Source of the DNA: Phallusia mammillata
Lineage: Eukaryota
NCBI GenBank assembly: GCA_965637545.1
Contig: OZ281496.1
Coordinates: forward strand, 28,706,001-28,770,000
Reading direction: 5' to 3'
Length of the DNA stretch: 64,000 bases
Numbering within the stretch: position 1 is the stretch's first letter; each line of letters begins with the position of its first letter. Made by a program: the position numbers and the translations under genes. The notes beneath the pieces were generated by a model that saw only the letters and a list, made by a program, of their open reading frames with translations, was not told where the DNA came from and searched no databases. Positions 13,678 through 26,400 of this stretch are shown piece by piece.

Positions 13678-16600
13678 CGCCAGACAGCGAGCAGTGTCAA
13701 AAACAACTTTCCGAATTTTGTAAATTGGCAATGCTGTGTTTTTCTTCGTCTCAAAAGGTTATCCCTAGATTTCTGAGCAGAGCTTGTATTGTACATTCTG
13801 GCGTGGCACGGTTTGGAAGAACGTTCGTTTTAATTCCACTGGTCTCTACCTTTTCAACAAAAGTCTCCATAACCCAATCGCGAAAGATTACGTTTAATGA
13901 AGAAAGCTGTTATTACCGGAGGTTTACTGCCGTAACCTACTTTACAACATTATCTACTAGATGTGTTGATGGCTTTCTATTACAAGAAACGAAGTAACGC
14001 CATTGCTTGCGAAACACAATGTTGTCGTAGTCATGTTTTGCTTTAACATCCTCCACAACGATATGCTCTAGCGTTTGCAGCGTATATAGAAGATATGTCA
14101 ATATGTTTGGCCTTCTGGTAAAATATCGGGTTTCACCAATTATATAGCCTAGGTACACTGCTTGCTGAAAACAAAATACAAGTAGTTAAAATGGTTTTGG
14201 CAGCAGACAGTCAATGTGAACAACTTTTGAGCAAACTTACCATGACAATGTATCACTTGTGTGTTGGTGTGCTTGTCTGAAAATATCATTAAATAAGAAC
14301 GTGAGATGTTGTTCCTTGTCACGTTTTGCAAAAGCAAGATCACAAATTTTATGTTTTTCAAACTTGATAAAATATGGTAAATACATCGTAATGCAGAGGT
14401 TCCAAATCGCTGTTGCCATCACGGTCGTTTCAACTGTATTCGTTCGTAAACACCGCGGGCTGTTGATTTCAATAATCGCTTGGAAAAACGCAATCCATCA
14501 CACCAAGACTGGCATAGTTAGCACATCCTATTATGTTACATGAGAAAATAAAAACAACAATTAAATTAGCGTTGGTGATTGGCTAAGGTGATCACAACAG
14601 GAGTCAGAAAAGATGACCATAGAGTCATTAGAAAACGCTTTTCGTGGTAGCCACCTGTCGTTTCCGACAAATCAAAACAGAAGCATTGCTGGCAGAAAAG
14701 CGGAAGCAGACCCAGGCAAGAACAAAAGATAAATTACCGCCACGAGCTGTTTACGGTCTGTATTGGGCAAATGACCAGAGTGACCATTTCCTATAAAACT
14801 CAAGTAGCCCCAAGTCATCAATAAGAAAAACAGACAGGTTGTAAAACTAAACTCCATTTATTGAAAATATGGACGGAAAAAATTACCTGATTTTTAGACC
14901 TTGAGAATAAAACTGTGTCACAAATCCAAATTAATAACCAGATGGCTAATAGACGTTCCCCAATCCGTAAAAATAAACGGCAAGGAGCATTACAGTGCCT
15001 GGTTCTGTATTGGACAATGACGGAAGTGACACATTCATGTACCTAAATTAGGCAACAAATCATAATCACACGTCATCGATTTTCTTCAGACGGAAATTGC
15101 TTTTACCTTTGTTGCCCGGTTCAAAATTATTTCAACATGATTATGCAACCAAATACGGTTGCCTAGAACACGTAGGAGGAAAAAGCTTCAAAGAAAATAG
15201 CTGTATCTCAAGCGGCCTCGTCAAAAGTTTTAAGTGGATATTGCCAAACAAATTGAAGTTTAGGATCAAAAAGATAAATGGTGATACTTACATTATGAAG
15301 TGAAATCACACTATTCCAAATTGCCAACATGTACATGATTCGACTTTTCCTCTACCCGAAATGTAAAATAGACAAAAGGTAAAAACAAACGCTTAACAGT
15401 CTCCTGTTCTGCATTAGCAATGACCAAAGTGGCATTTTCCTTCAACTTAGCTTCCAAGTCTGCATTTAGAATCACGCTATTATTAGTTAGTTAATACCAA
15501 ATGGCTACAACCTCGGTCTTAACCTTTAACAGGACAGGTATATAAAATACTTAAAATTACTGCAACGAAATGATGTGAGACATAACCGCATTTTTTGACC
15601 TTCAGGAAAAATATAAATACAAACACATACCAAGAAAAATGACTACAAGGCAATTGGCTGGACATTTCTGCACCAAAACAATAAGTTCAAACGTCTGTAA
15701 GTTAGGCTTGTGATAGCATTTCCGACACATTTGTTTAATGCAGTTTTCCTGACTAGTGTAGACGGATGTCTTGTAAATGCAAATTCATAATCTGCAAAAA
15801 AGTGTCACTTCTGCAAGTACTGATATAACATCGGTGGCACACAACTCATTGAGAAACTCAATATGCGAAAACTTCTGTCAAAATTTTGTTATAAGACAGT
15901 GGTTGCCGTGTGCCACGAACAATTTTCAGTGGACCACAGAACGATTTCAACTTTGTGTATAATATGATAAATAGGCTGCCATTTTTGCTTGTGACAGAAT
16001 GGAAGTATTTTCAATGTTCGGCACTTTGTGGTGAGCCACGAAGCTACTTAGGTCATAACTAATCTAGGCCAGGAAGTACAAAAAAATGGAAACCACTGTC
16101 TTAATACATTACTGAATAGTGAAGGTAAAACTGACAACTCTCTTCTCGTTGTAGTGTCATGCAATCTTAATTGCTGGAATCTTCATCTATCTAAACAGTT
16201 TGTTTTGGTAAGCATTTTGCAAACACGGATATTTATACAGTATTTTAACAAAACAAAACCGAGTCACATCAAAATCTGCGATCAGAAGACACACTTTCGA
16301 AACGAACATGCAAAGTAAAAGCTAAATTCGCTAGGAGTGCACATGAGCTGTTGGAAGGGAAAAACTTTGGGTTTCATTTGTGACTGTGATGTGCTCAAAA
16401 CAGTCAGTGACAGGCTTTCAAGTGTGACAAATTGAACGCAAAAGTGTTTTTCAGATGGAAATCGCGGGCGGTCACGCTTTTGCAGTGGTGCAGAACGAAA
16501 GGACACGTGATTAATGAAACCAAATGGAGATTTTGGGAAAAAGAACACCTGAACAGGAAACGTAGGCTGCGCAAAAATCACAAAGCAAGATGAGTAGCAG

Positions 16601-16834
16601 CCAAGCGTTTCTGGCTGCATGTGATTTATACAAACAAGAGTGTTTGCTCACACGTTGTGGTTTTATCATCAGACAGATAATAGTTTATAGTGATTTTGTT
16701 GTTACAATTTTCCGCTTCGAGCGAACGTCAAATAAAGAATGACATGAAACTGCAAACAAACATTGATAATTACCGATGTTTTAACAAATACCGTTTTCGC
16801 ATTATAAAAGCAAAGAGTCATTACATGTTAATTA

Positions 16835-16945
16835 AGCCGCAGACAGAGCATAATGTTACGACGTATGAGGTATCATCAGTGCAGCTGGTGACAAGACATT
16901 GACCGCACAGGCTATGGTAGCCACAATGCGGCACTGCACCAGCCC
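16835..16945 (-). repeat. Degenerate copy of the hammerhead-containing repeat (family 1)
   Basis: Minus strand reads AGCTGCA-CTGATGA-TACCTCATACGTC-GTAA-CATTATGCTCTG-TC-TGCGGCT. Flanking similarity to 30716-30773 continues (ggtgac..ccgca..gtagcca..cggcact). Confidence 0.7.
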
Positions 16946-17848
16946 ATGTGGTCAATGTCTAATCACCAGGTGCATTGATGAGACTTTGAAAGCGCAATAC
17001 TGTGTACTATCTGCAGCTTAGAACTTTATACACAAGTTTAGCAAGGGCTAAGTACACTAACTTTAACCCAAATAATGTTCGGTTTTGCATGCAAATTCGT
17101 TAGAGCGATGCTTCATTGCAGTGCCACAGAGCAAGTATACAACAGTGCCATGGGAGAATGCAATGGTCAACCGATGCCTCGTTGCCTTCTGTACACAAGG
17201 GTGGCGCGTAGGAGATATGGTTGCTTCTGGCAAAAGGGCGAAACGGAAAAGAGCGCGTACAACAGCTGCATGATGATAATAATCTCAATGTACATTTTAC
17301 ATTAAAACAAAGGCCATTGCGACTTTTGCAACTAGTACAAAGCCAAGCATGTCATGCAATAAAACAAAAGCATTAAAACGCCGCAATGACGGAGCTAAGA
17401 AACTAAACTACATTTCGGTTCACATAAGTTTAAATGGCACCCAAACACCAACTAACCGCCAAACCGTTTTGTTTGTTTGTTTTAACTTATTGGGTAGAAA
17501 TAAACAGGTTCCGCTAATGGATAACGTTGTGGGCAAGGTGCAGCATTTGGGAAATCAAAGCAGACGAATTGAAAATAGTTACAATATGGACGTGTACACA
17601 ATAACTGGTCCAAAACAGAAAGTAGAATTTAAATCTTGCTTTAATTTCATCGACTGAAAACAAAAGCCGATCAAAATAAGCATTAGGCATTCAAAGTTCG
17701 GCTTAAAAGGCCAAGCTTGCCAAATGCCGCTTTTCGAAGCGGTGTGGTGGTCACCGTCTTAAATTTGTGAGCTTAACAATCATACAACCTCGGGTTTTAT
17801 ATACTTTCGGTCATCAGGTTGTGTCCGCACCAGGATTTTCCAGTGGAG

Positions 17849-17854
17849 TTTATT
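17849..17854 (-). promoter_or_regulatory. Possible polyadenylation signal of receptor B
   Basis: AATAAA on the minus strand about 77 nt downstream of the stop at 17931. Confidence 0.4.
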
Positions 17855-17930
17855 TCATATTTCGCAGAGTCCAAGTAATATTTTGCGAGCCGAAAATTCT
17901 TTTTTTCTCAACAAATTGACACTTTCAGTG

Positions 17931-20438
17931 TCAATGAGCAAGTAGACTATAATCAGGCAAAGCTTCGCTCTGCGACAAATGACCAACGGCCGAATCCGTA
18001 CTAATGTGTTTTGATTTGGCGAAAAACATGTTATGGATCATTTTCTCAGATCCAGGTGGTGGTCCGACCGCAGTGCCCATCTTAAGTTCATCGAACACAT
18101 CGTCCCCGAACGACAACCGATCGTCAGGTTTGCCGAAATCCGAGGGCTCACTTCCCGCGTCAAATGGAGAGGAATTCTCGAAGCTCGGCATATCTGTTTC
18201 GTTCTCGCTGTTACAGCCGGCGGAACCGCGGCCAGTATCTTCTGAAGTCTCGGAATGGCGACTGGACGGTTCAAATCGGATTGAGTGATCAATGTCTGCA
18301 ATGCCGGCGCTTGTAAGACCTGATGACACACCGCTGCTGGAGCACATGCTTTCAGGAATGTAGTTGTCAGTGAGGCCACTGGAGTCGTCAGTAAAAGAGC
18401 TTGATTGTACCTCCGGCTTGTCGAGATAGCCTTCAACAGTTGAAGGAACAAAGTCAACAGAATCCGTACGATTTTCTAAAAAAACAGGTTTGAATAACCT
18501 TCTGTTTAAAGACAAGCGTTTTATGCAACAGCTTGCATGACACATCAAGTGTTTTAACAAACAGATTTCAAAGATGTCCCGTCAAAAAAACAAACCAGCC
18601 AACGAGTCGGTTTAAAAATGATAATCTGTAGTGAAAGATTCAAATATCACCAGCGCGAATAGCCTGCATGCTTTAACCAGGTTTTAAATATGCAAGTTAG
18701 AAGAAAAGAAAGTTTTTTTGACCAAACAATTCCGTGTCTAACGTTCCTAAAATTTGAAAGCACTGGTAATATCTAAGACACACCCCGAATTGTGAATGCA
18801 CTTGCTCTTACTGCTTCTCTTTATCTTGGTGAAAATTTTCGACAAACGCTTGCAAAAGACCATTAGGCTTAAAAATATAAAAGCCAAAAATGAGTGGGCC
18901 CAAAAGAAGTTGAATGCTAAGTTTACGCTAAGTTTAACGCATCATTTCTTTCCAATCTTTCTCCTGGTGCATTTATTCGTTTCATGCTATTTGGTCATCC
19001 TGATTTAACAGACGCTCACACACTGTCATTATCCCATGCTGTTCATAAATATTTGCGTGCATGTAACAGATTTTGATTTCTGCTGCCGTTTTATTGACAT
19101 TTAGCCTCTTTCGTTCGCTTTTCCTCTTTTGTTTACTATTATTATCGACTACCCTTTACCTGAAAATACATTTATTTCTCGTATGGTGACACAACAAAGG
19201 ACAGTTTTCAGTTTCCAGACTGTCGTCTGATTGTCGTAAAATAATAAATAAAAAACTGCCTGTGCAAAAAAAAGAAGTTGAATAAGGTTTCATATTGTCC
19301 ATTCGACAGACGCCGTTATTAATAGTTTCAGCGCACCTGGCCATGTAACTAAAATTTGATAAGCATCGACAGTTGTACCTCGTCTGTAGTAATTTGGGGA
19401 TATCGCGTTGCATTCGACAAAACAAAGTGAAAATGGGTATTGAAGGCATTTGAGTAGGGATAAAGGAAAATTCTTGAAACCTTTGTTGATAAATTGTGTT
19501 CACGAGAGATATTTCATGTCAATTGTGTTCAAAGAGCTGATCGATGTAAAATGCCATTACCAAACGCAAATAATCTTTTGTTAGACTTGACAGTTTTTTT
19601 TGCCCTGTGTTCGGCTTACAATTTATACGCATATGTTTATTGACGGGGGAATTCCGAAAGCAAAGTGTGTTCGATTGAATGTGGAGTGACGAATATTTGT
19701 GATACTAAACAAAATACTATAGTTGTTTTTCAAGAACTTATTCGTTTATTTGCTGTATAGGCTACTGTTACTAGCCAACCAGAAGCTTACCTAGTTGGGG
19801 ACGATTACCGATGTTGACATCAGGAACATCTACTTCGTGTCCAAACTCATTTTGAAGAAGAAAGTGTTTTTCTTTATCGGGCACTAAATACAAAAATCCA
19901 ATTGTCAATTTTATCAAAGTAGGCCACGGGAAAGAACATGTAAGTGCGGGGAAATAATAGAAACGGGAAGCAAAAACAATGAATAATACCCCACGCTGAC
20001 GTCAAAACAAGGTGAAATTAAGTGATGGTAAAACAAGGTGGGTTAAAATAGCCCACGACTCCGTCACCAAATGTCAGTTGTCCTGACAATGGGAAATGAC
20101 ATTTCACCCAACCCTGACAAACACACAAATTCTACATACACCAAATTGGGTATTACGCAGTGTGGGTCATTATTCAGATTAGGTGTAGCTAACTGGAATG
20201 GAACTGCTACTAATGTGTTGTCAACAGAGCGTTAATTAAAATGCCAACATTGTAGCACTATAAAGGAGTCGGTCAATAATCAGGCTTGAAAATGACCTTG
20301 ATCCCATTCGCAGCTGAAGTTAGAATTGAAATGTTGACGCTAAAATTTCACGGTAGGGCTTTTGTTTCCAAACACTAGCATTAGCGAAGATAATATTTGT
20401 CGCCTGTTAAAACGTATCAACCTGATAGATAAAAACTA

Positions 20439-20473
<35 letters not shown>

Positions 20474-23400
20474 CTCTACCAAGTCAGGTTCATCGTCTGG
20501 GATATGTGACTGATTGATAAATGACATTTTGCTCATCAGTTTTGCACGAATTTTAATCTGCTTGCCCAAATTGTATGGAGTCAAACAATAGGACACAACG
20601 AAACATCGTATTATTTTATAATTTTAGAACAGATTTTGGTCGACCTGATTAAACACCCTTATTGGGCGGATGTAATATCTAGGGCGTGCATATAGGATAT
20701 GAGATTTTCGGAGCGCATTTTTGTTCTTGACCACCCGTTGCAGTAGTTGATATTTGAGCTAGCAATTCGCGTGGTCTCACAGGTGACAGTTTATCTTGAC
20801 AAGGAAGCACTGTGTGGTACCCGCTGCTGCACGCGACTTCCTTTCCCGTTATTCGACAAGGCGTTGCATGGCCGAATCCGATACCTCATACCCCTTTCTC
20901 CAATCTATGTGGTCTGCTGCGACATTATGAATAAACAACAGGCATTGTTACGCTTTGGAGAAGGACGCCCGTACTATTGTTTGGATCTCGATGCGGTTTT
21001 TGCCATTTTCCTGACCACCAATGCAACCGCTATGCATTAAAGGAGTAGAAGGAGAAAAGACACTGGATTTATACCGCTAAATTAACCATTTTTCTTAAAT
21101 TAAAATTAAATTGCACCAGTTTTCATAAGGTGAGTAATATGTCGCAATGACAATTTCTCGACAATGTTAATGCACGGTACACGTTAGGCCTTACGGAAAC
21201 AGTGCTCTATTATGTTAATGGAATTTATACGAGAGTGAAGGGTTTTGTTGTTTGCGCAGTATAAATATTGTGATATGGGTAACGGATTTCGTTAATATCT
21301 AAAACCTACTTGGTGTGTAACTACAAAAGTATTAGTGACGTTTTTCTTACGATTTACCGGTGATGACAACCCCATTTACCAAAAACAAATCGTGTTACTG
21401 AAGCTACAAAGTCATTTCTCTCATGCTGTTTGCCAAGGTAACTTTCTCTCAAGTTATCGACGGTTCATGCTACAGTTCAGGTACGACTTCCTGACACCAA
21501 AAGCAGTAGAATCTCATTGACGCGCGACAATTTTGCGTGAGGCGCAGACGCCGGGGAACCACGTGTGTGTTGTAATACTGCCCATAAAGTAATCATTCTT
21601 AAATGGGCGACAAGTGGATTTTGCGAATATACGGTTTTACAGCAATCGCCCTTATAAAATTCTCTTAAGCATTGTACGTGTGTCATACGGAAATAAAATA
21701 ATCTTTAAAATCACCTATACCGCTTATGTTAAGGGTTAAGACTATGCGGACCTATTTTTTCACTGATGATTCTAAGCACGACTGTTGGATATTATACTGC
21801 ATGATTATAGTGCATATTTCTTACAGTCGAGCATTTGATTGCGTCCTGAAAAAAAAATATTAATGCGGCTAACCGCATAAAAACATTAGCAAATTGGTTA
21901 TGCAATTAACCGAATTCGTCTTTACTTTAAGTGGAAGGTTTAGGTCGCAGCCGAGAATACCAACCTAATTTATCAGCAGTGCACAAATTAAGCGGTTCGG
22001 CTTCTTCCTTATACTCATCACTGGTGACAAAATTGCCACCGCTTCTGTTGCCAGCCAACGTTTTTTCCATGTCCATCTGCAAATAAATTACCACAATGAC
22101 AACATTGTAATTCCATCGCTTGCATAGTGAACCTCAGTTAAACCGGATGCAGTTATTCCGAATCTTCGCCTAATTCCGACAAAACTTGAGATACAGATGT
22201 AACGCCAGTATAACTACTTTTATTATTTATGACAATTTTTAAAATATTTGTCAAAAAGCTAGTAATAATTATTGACCGCAAATTTTATCGTGCAAAGCAG
22301 TATAATATACTACTTGGGATGACGTCTAAAAGGACAATGCTAAAAGAATAAACAACTTGGATACGAAATAGATGCACTTGGAAAAAAAGCCGCCTATCAT
22401 AAGGAACTAAATCTCGTGGTATATGAAATGTATCAACTAACCTGCGGATTTGTAAGAATAAATAGACTTACCACTGAAGGTGGCATTTTTGTAACGGTTC
22501 CTATAAACTTTCGAAATTTTCCGGATACGTTGTAGGTGCCAAATATCAGTATCAAAAGGAGAATGACACCACCAATTATGCAGAGAAATATCACTAAAAC
22601 CAAATCTAGAGAATCCGCTTCAACTTTGTCTTTTTCAGGCGCAGCAACAGTTACTGCATAGAAAAGAGGAGATGTTGTATGTTAAAACTTTGCAAATACA
22701 ACAACTAAATACGAATTTTTTTAGTATGAATTTTTTTAAACACTTCCTAAGTTTCAGTCTCAAGTCGGGAACAAGTACTAAATTCTTTTCTACGAAAAAT
22801 CAATGGCCCCGGGCATTTTTGCAAGTAAACGTGGACACTTAACGAAGCAAACTGGGGTACTGCCTTAAACATTAGAGCAATAGGTTATGTTTAAACACAA
22901 ACGGTGAGTTACGCCTCATCGGGACGAAAATTAGGGCCCACACTCGAAAGTAAAAGGGCGAAAACATTCAAACTTTTTAAAGCAACCTAAAAGTAATGTC
23001 AACCATCGTTCCATTACCGCATAAATGTAAAGTATCGAGTTAGGCCCAAATCAGGTCCGTTTCAATAATTACCTAGAACCGGTTTGGTTATCGCTGGCTT
23101 AAGAACAAAGCGAAAACGTAGCACTTGATCAGTAGAGCACGAAAACGGCGTATTTAACATGACATTATCAGGCTTTTTAGTTTCCCGTTAATAGTGGCGT
23201 TGTAGGTGTTGCAGAGCAGGTTGTTTGTGTGCCTTAGTGTCACATGTGTTTTTTTCGGATCCATTCTGGTATTTTTTACTTCGATTTATTTCCTGCTTAT
23301 AGAACTGATGAAGCCATGTTGTATGCAGAGACAGATTTAAGAGTGCTGTAACTTACAGATGCGATATATACAGCACAAGCCATCTATTTTTTTACCATTT

Positions 23401-26400
23401 CCTGGCATGCAATACTGCTCCATTTGTGCATCAGACTTTCGCGAAGTGGCCTGGAAACACAAGAGGTGTCCAGGCTTGGTGGTCTCATTAAGATTAGGAT
23501 CAAGACTGATATTCTTAATAGAGCAGTTTCGTTCGCCAGATTTTTCCCAATACTTGGTTACCGACCATACTTGTCGATTAAAGAACATGCTATAGAGCCC
23601 ATCTGTCAGTTTTGTTCCATTCCTTTCAACATTATCTACAAATATAAAACAGTAAATGTCTAAGATCGTCAATACACAAGTTGTCTTATCTGAAAGATCT
23701 CGTCAATACACAAGTTGTCTTATCTGAAAGAAGCTCCCCAATGCGGCCCACGAACACTCAACAACAATTGTAGAATTTTGTCAGATTTTTATCTAACTAT
23801 AATATATTTTTTCTACTTTTCATAGTGAAAGCTATGATTTAAACAGACATTTACAGAAATTAAATTTATAAATAAAAATTCATATGTTATAAACAGAAAC
23901 GATAGTAATTAAACCGTTCCTCAAGGCGTTAAGTTTCAGTCAAGGGCGTACAACCTGCAGCCGTACGGCCACATGTTCATTAAAATATATGTGCTGGCGG
24001 CCGTGATGTAATCAAAACTCCTTTGCCAAATATTTTGATTTTCAAACTGCTCTAAACAGATTTTATATCACTGAAAAGAGTACAATGTTACCAGCTTAGG
24101 AGCCATGTGCGTCAGACTTTTTTGTAGACCTATTGTGTGCAAACAATGGAAAAAACGTCACAATATAGATTATGACGTCATAAACAGTTAAAACTGATCT
24201 TCACAGTTGGAAATTAATCTGGGCTTTTGGGGCGTCAATATATGGCATATATATAATTATGATGTAAACCTATTTCTGTAATTTTAAAACAAAAACCAGC
24301 AGGTAATAGGTGACTGGTGGTGAAATTAGGATCTACAATGCGGCCGTCGTAGCGAAAATGTTGTTTAAGTGTATAAAACTAGATTAAAAATCACATGCGG
24401 CCCTCGGCATAATTTCCAAACTGCAATGTGGCCCCCGAACCCCACGAGTTTGACACCCCTGGTATAGATATCTATTAGAGATGTCGTTAAACGTCTTCAG
24501 ATTCAAGAACGGAAGACATCGAAGCAGCATGGTAAAAACAAAGTGAAAAAAGTGAAAACATTTACTCAAGCCAGTTGCATATAAACGATCTGTTTTAAAA
24601 AAAGACCATCATTGGAGTTACAAATTTAATCTCGAAAATAATTGACAAAACTGTCAACACAATATTGTGCAGGTTTTCGATACCCAACTTCCAGACATGC
24701 TACCCACTCATCTCAGCATAAAACGGCCCTCCAAAAACACAGAAAGCGATTAAAATTCGAGATCCGCATAAAATATAAATGAATACAGTGTGACTTCGCT
24801 CTAGGACCAGAATGGCGAAAGTGAGAAACAACGACCTATTTTGGGAAAAGTTTAACATTAACAGTGTTATTTACCTTGACGAAGGCCACCTGTATAGGAC
24901 GTCGAAACGTCGGATTAAAAATACTTGACAGAAGAGCTCTATAAATGTACGAGTGAAAAAAATTGACAAAACAACCTCGTTTTAATGCGAAAATGGATGC
25001 TGAAGGTACATGGTCACTTTATGAGTGCGAACGTACCCAAAGCTGATCCAAAACATTGTTGGGGTCAAAGTGATCTGTAGTCTTTTAGTAAGATCCCACA
25101 ACTTAGAGCAGTGGTTCTTAACCTTTTTTATAACGGCCGAACCCCTGCCATATTCTTCAGCCTTTGATCGAACCCTAAAGTTACATCCAAGGTTTTTAAC
25201 CCATTTTGTTTTGCGGGTCGTAATTAGTTTTTGTTTCAACGTGATGTGGCAACAGTTACTGTTTGTCATTTTTTTGTCAACAAAGAGCACGCGCACAGTG
25301 CTCTTTGTTACGTCAAAAAAGAAAAGAAAACCTTATAGTGCAGGGGTGCACAACATTTTGCAAGGATGGCCGCATTGCAGATTCTTATTTCACCAACGTC
25401 CGCCATTTACCCGCTTTTTTTGTTTCAAAATACTTGGTTTATGTCATATATATACCATCTAAATAGCGCCCAAAAAGCCCAGAATATCTAGCTTGGTGCA
25501 CAGCTTGGAGTTCAGTCTTAAGTGTTTATGATGTCATAATCTATATTGTGATGCTTGTGGTACCGGTTTTGTTCGCATTGTTTGCACACAATAGGCGTAA
25601 AAAAAGTGTGACGCATATGGTTATTAGGCTGGTAATATTCTTTTTAGTACCAAAAAAACTATTTAGAGCAGTTTAAAAATCAAAATATTTAGCAAACGAG
25701 TTTTATTTACGTCACATATATATAGTTTTATTTACGCCTGTACATATATTTTAATAAACATGTTCACGGCCGCACAAACTCGACTTGTGCACCCCTGCCT
25801 TAGTGTAAGCTTCGAGCGTTTTGATATTTGGCAAATAGAAATGCCATTTTTAGCGACTATAGACCCTAAAGTTTGATGAAAACGAATATTTGTATTGTAC
25901 TTCAAAAAGACCTTCGTCGAACCCCTGGGGTTCGATCGAACCCCGGTTAAGAACCACTGACTTAGAGTGTTAGTTTCAACTTTTAAAAAATACTCTTACG
26001 CGTTTTATACGACACACATTTTACCAATTTGCGGCAACAACTTGGCCTGCAGCCATAAAAAAATCCCTTCAGCAGAAAAAAATGTGAGACTTAAATGGCG
26101 AAGTACGGCCAAACATAAAAGTCTGTAAAATCTTTCCATTCTGTCTACGATCATCGATTAAACCGTGTTTTAGGTTAAGTGATAGTATTGATAAAGCAGC
26201 AGTGTTTCTGAACCAAAGTTAGTGACAAAAACTGTTCCGCAAACAAACTTACGTTTCGGCAATTGGTAGACACAGAATTTTCCTATTTGTCCTTTCACTA
26301 CGTCCTTGGCGTATTCGGCTGCGCTAGTAACACCAAGTATACCTTGCAAGGCGTTGACCTCAATCGCACCAGTGCTTATGTTAACAAATAAACACAGCTG

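Noticed and set aside
20747-21040. 97-aa ORF in a GC-richer intronic patch
   Set aside because: No recognisable motif, and no phase-compatible open exon on receptor B's strand.
23304-23335. CTGATGAAGCCATGTTGTATGCAGAGACAG as a hammerhead
   Set aside because: GAAA is absent and stem II does not pair convincingly; at most a very decayed family-2 copy.
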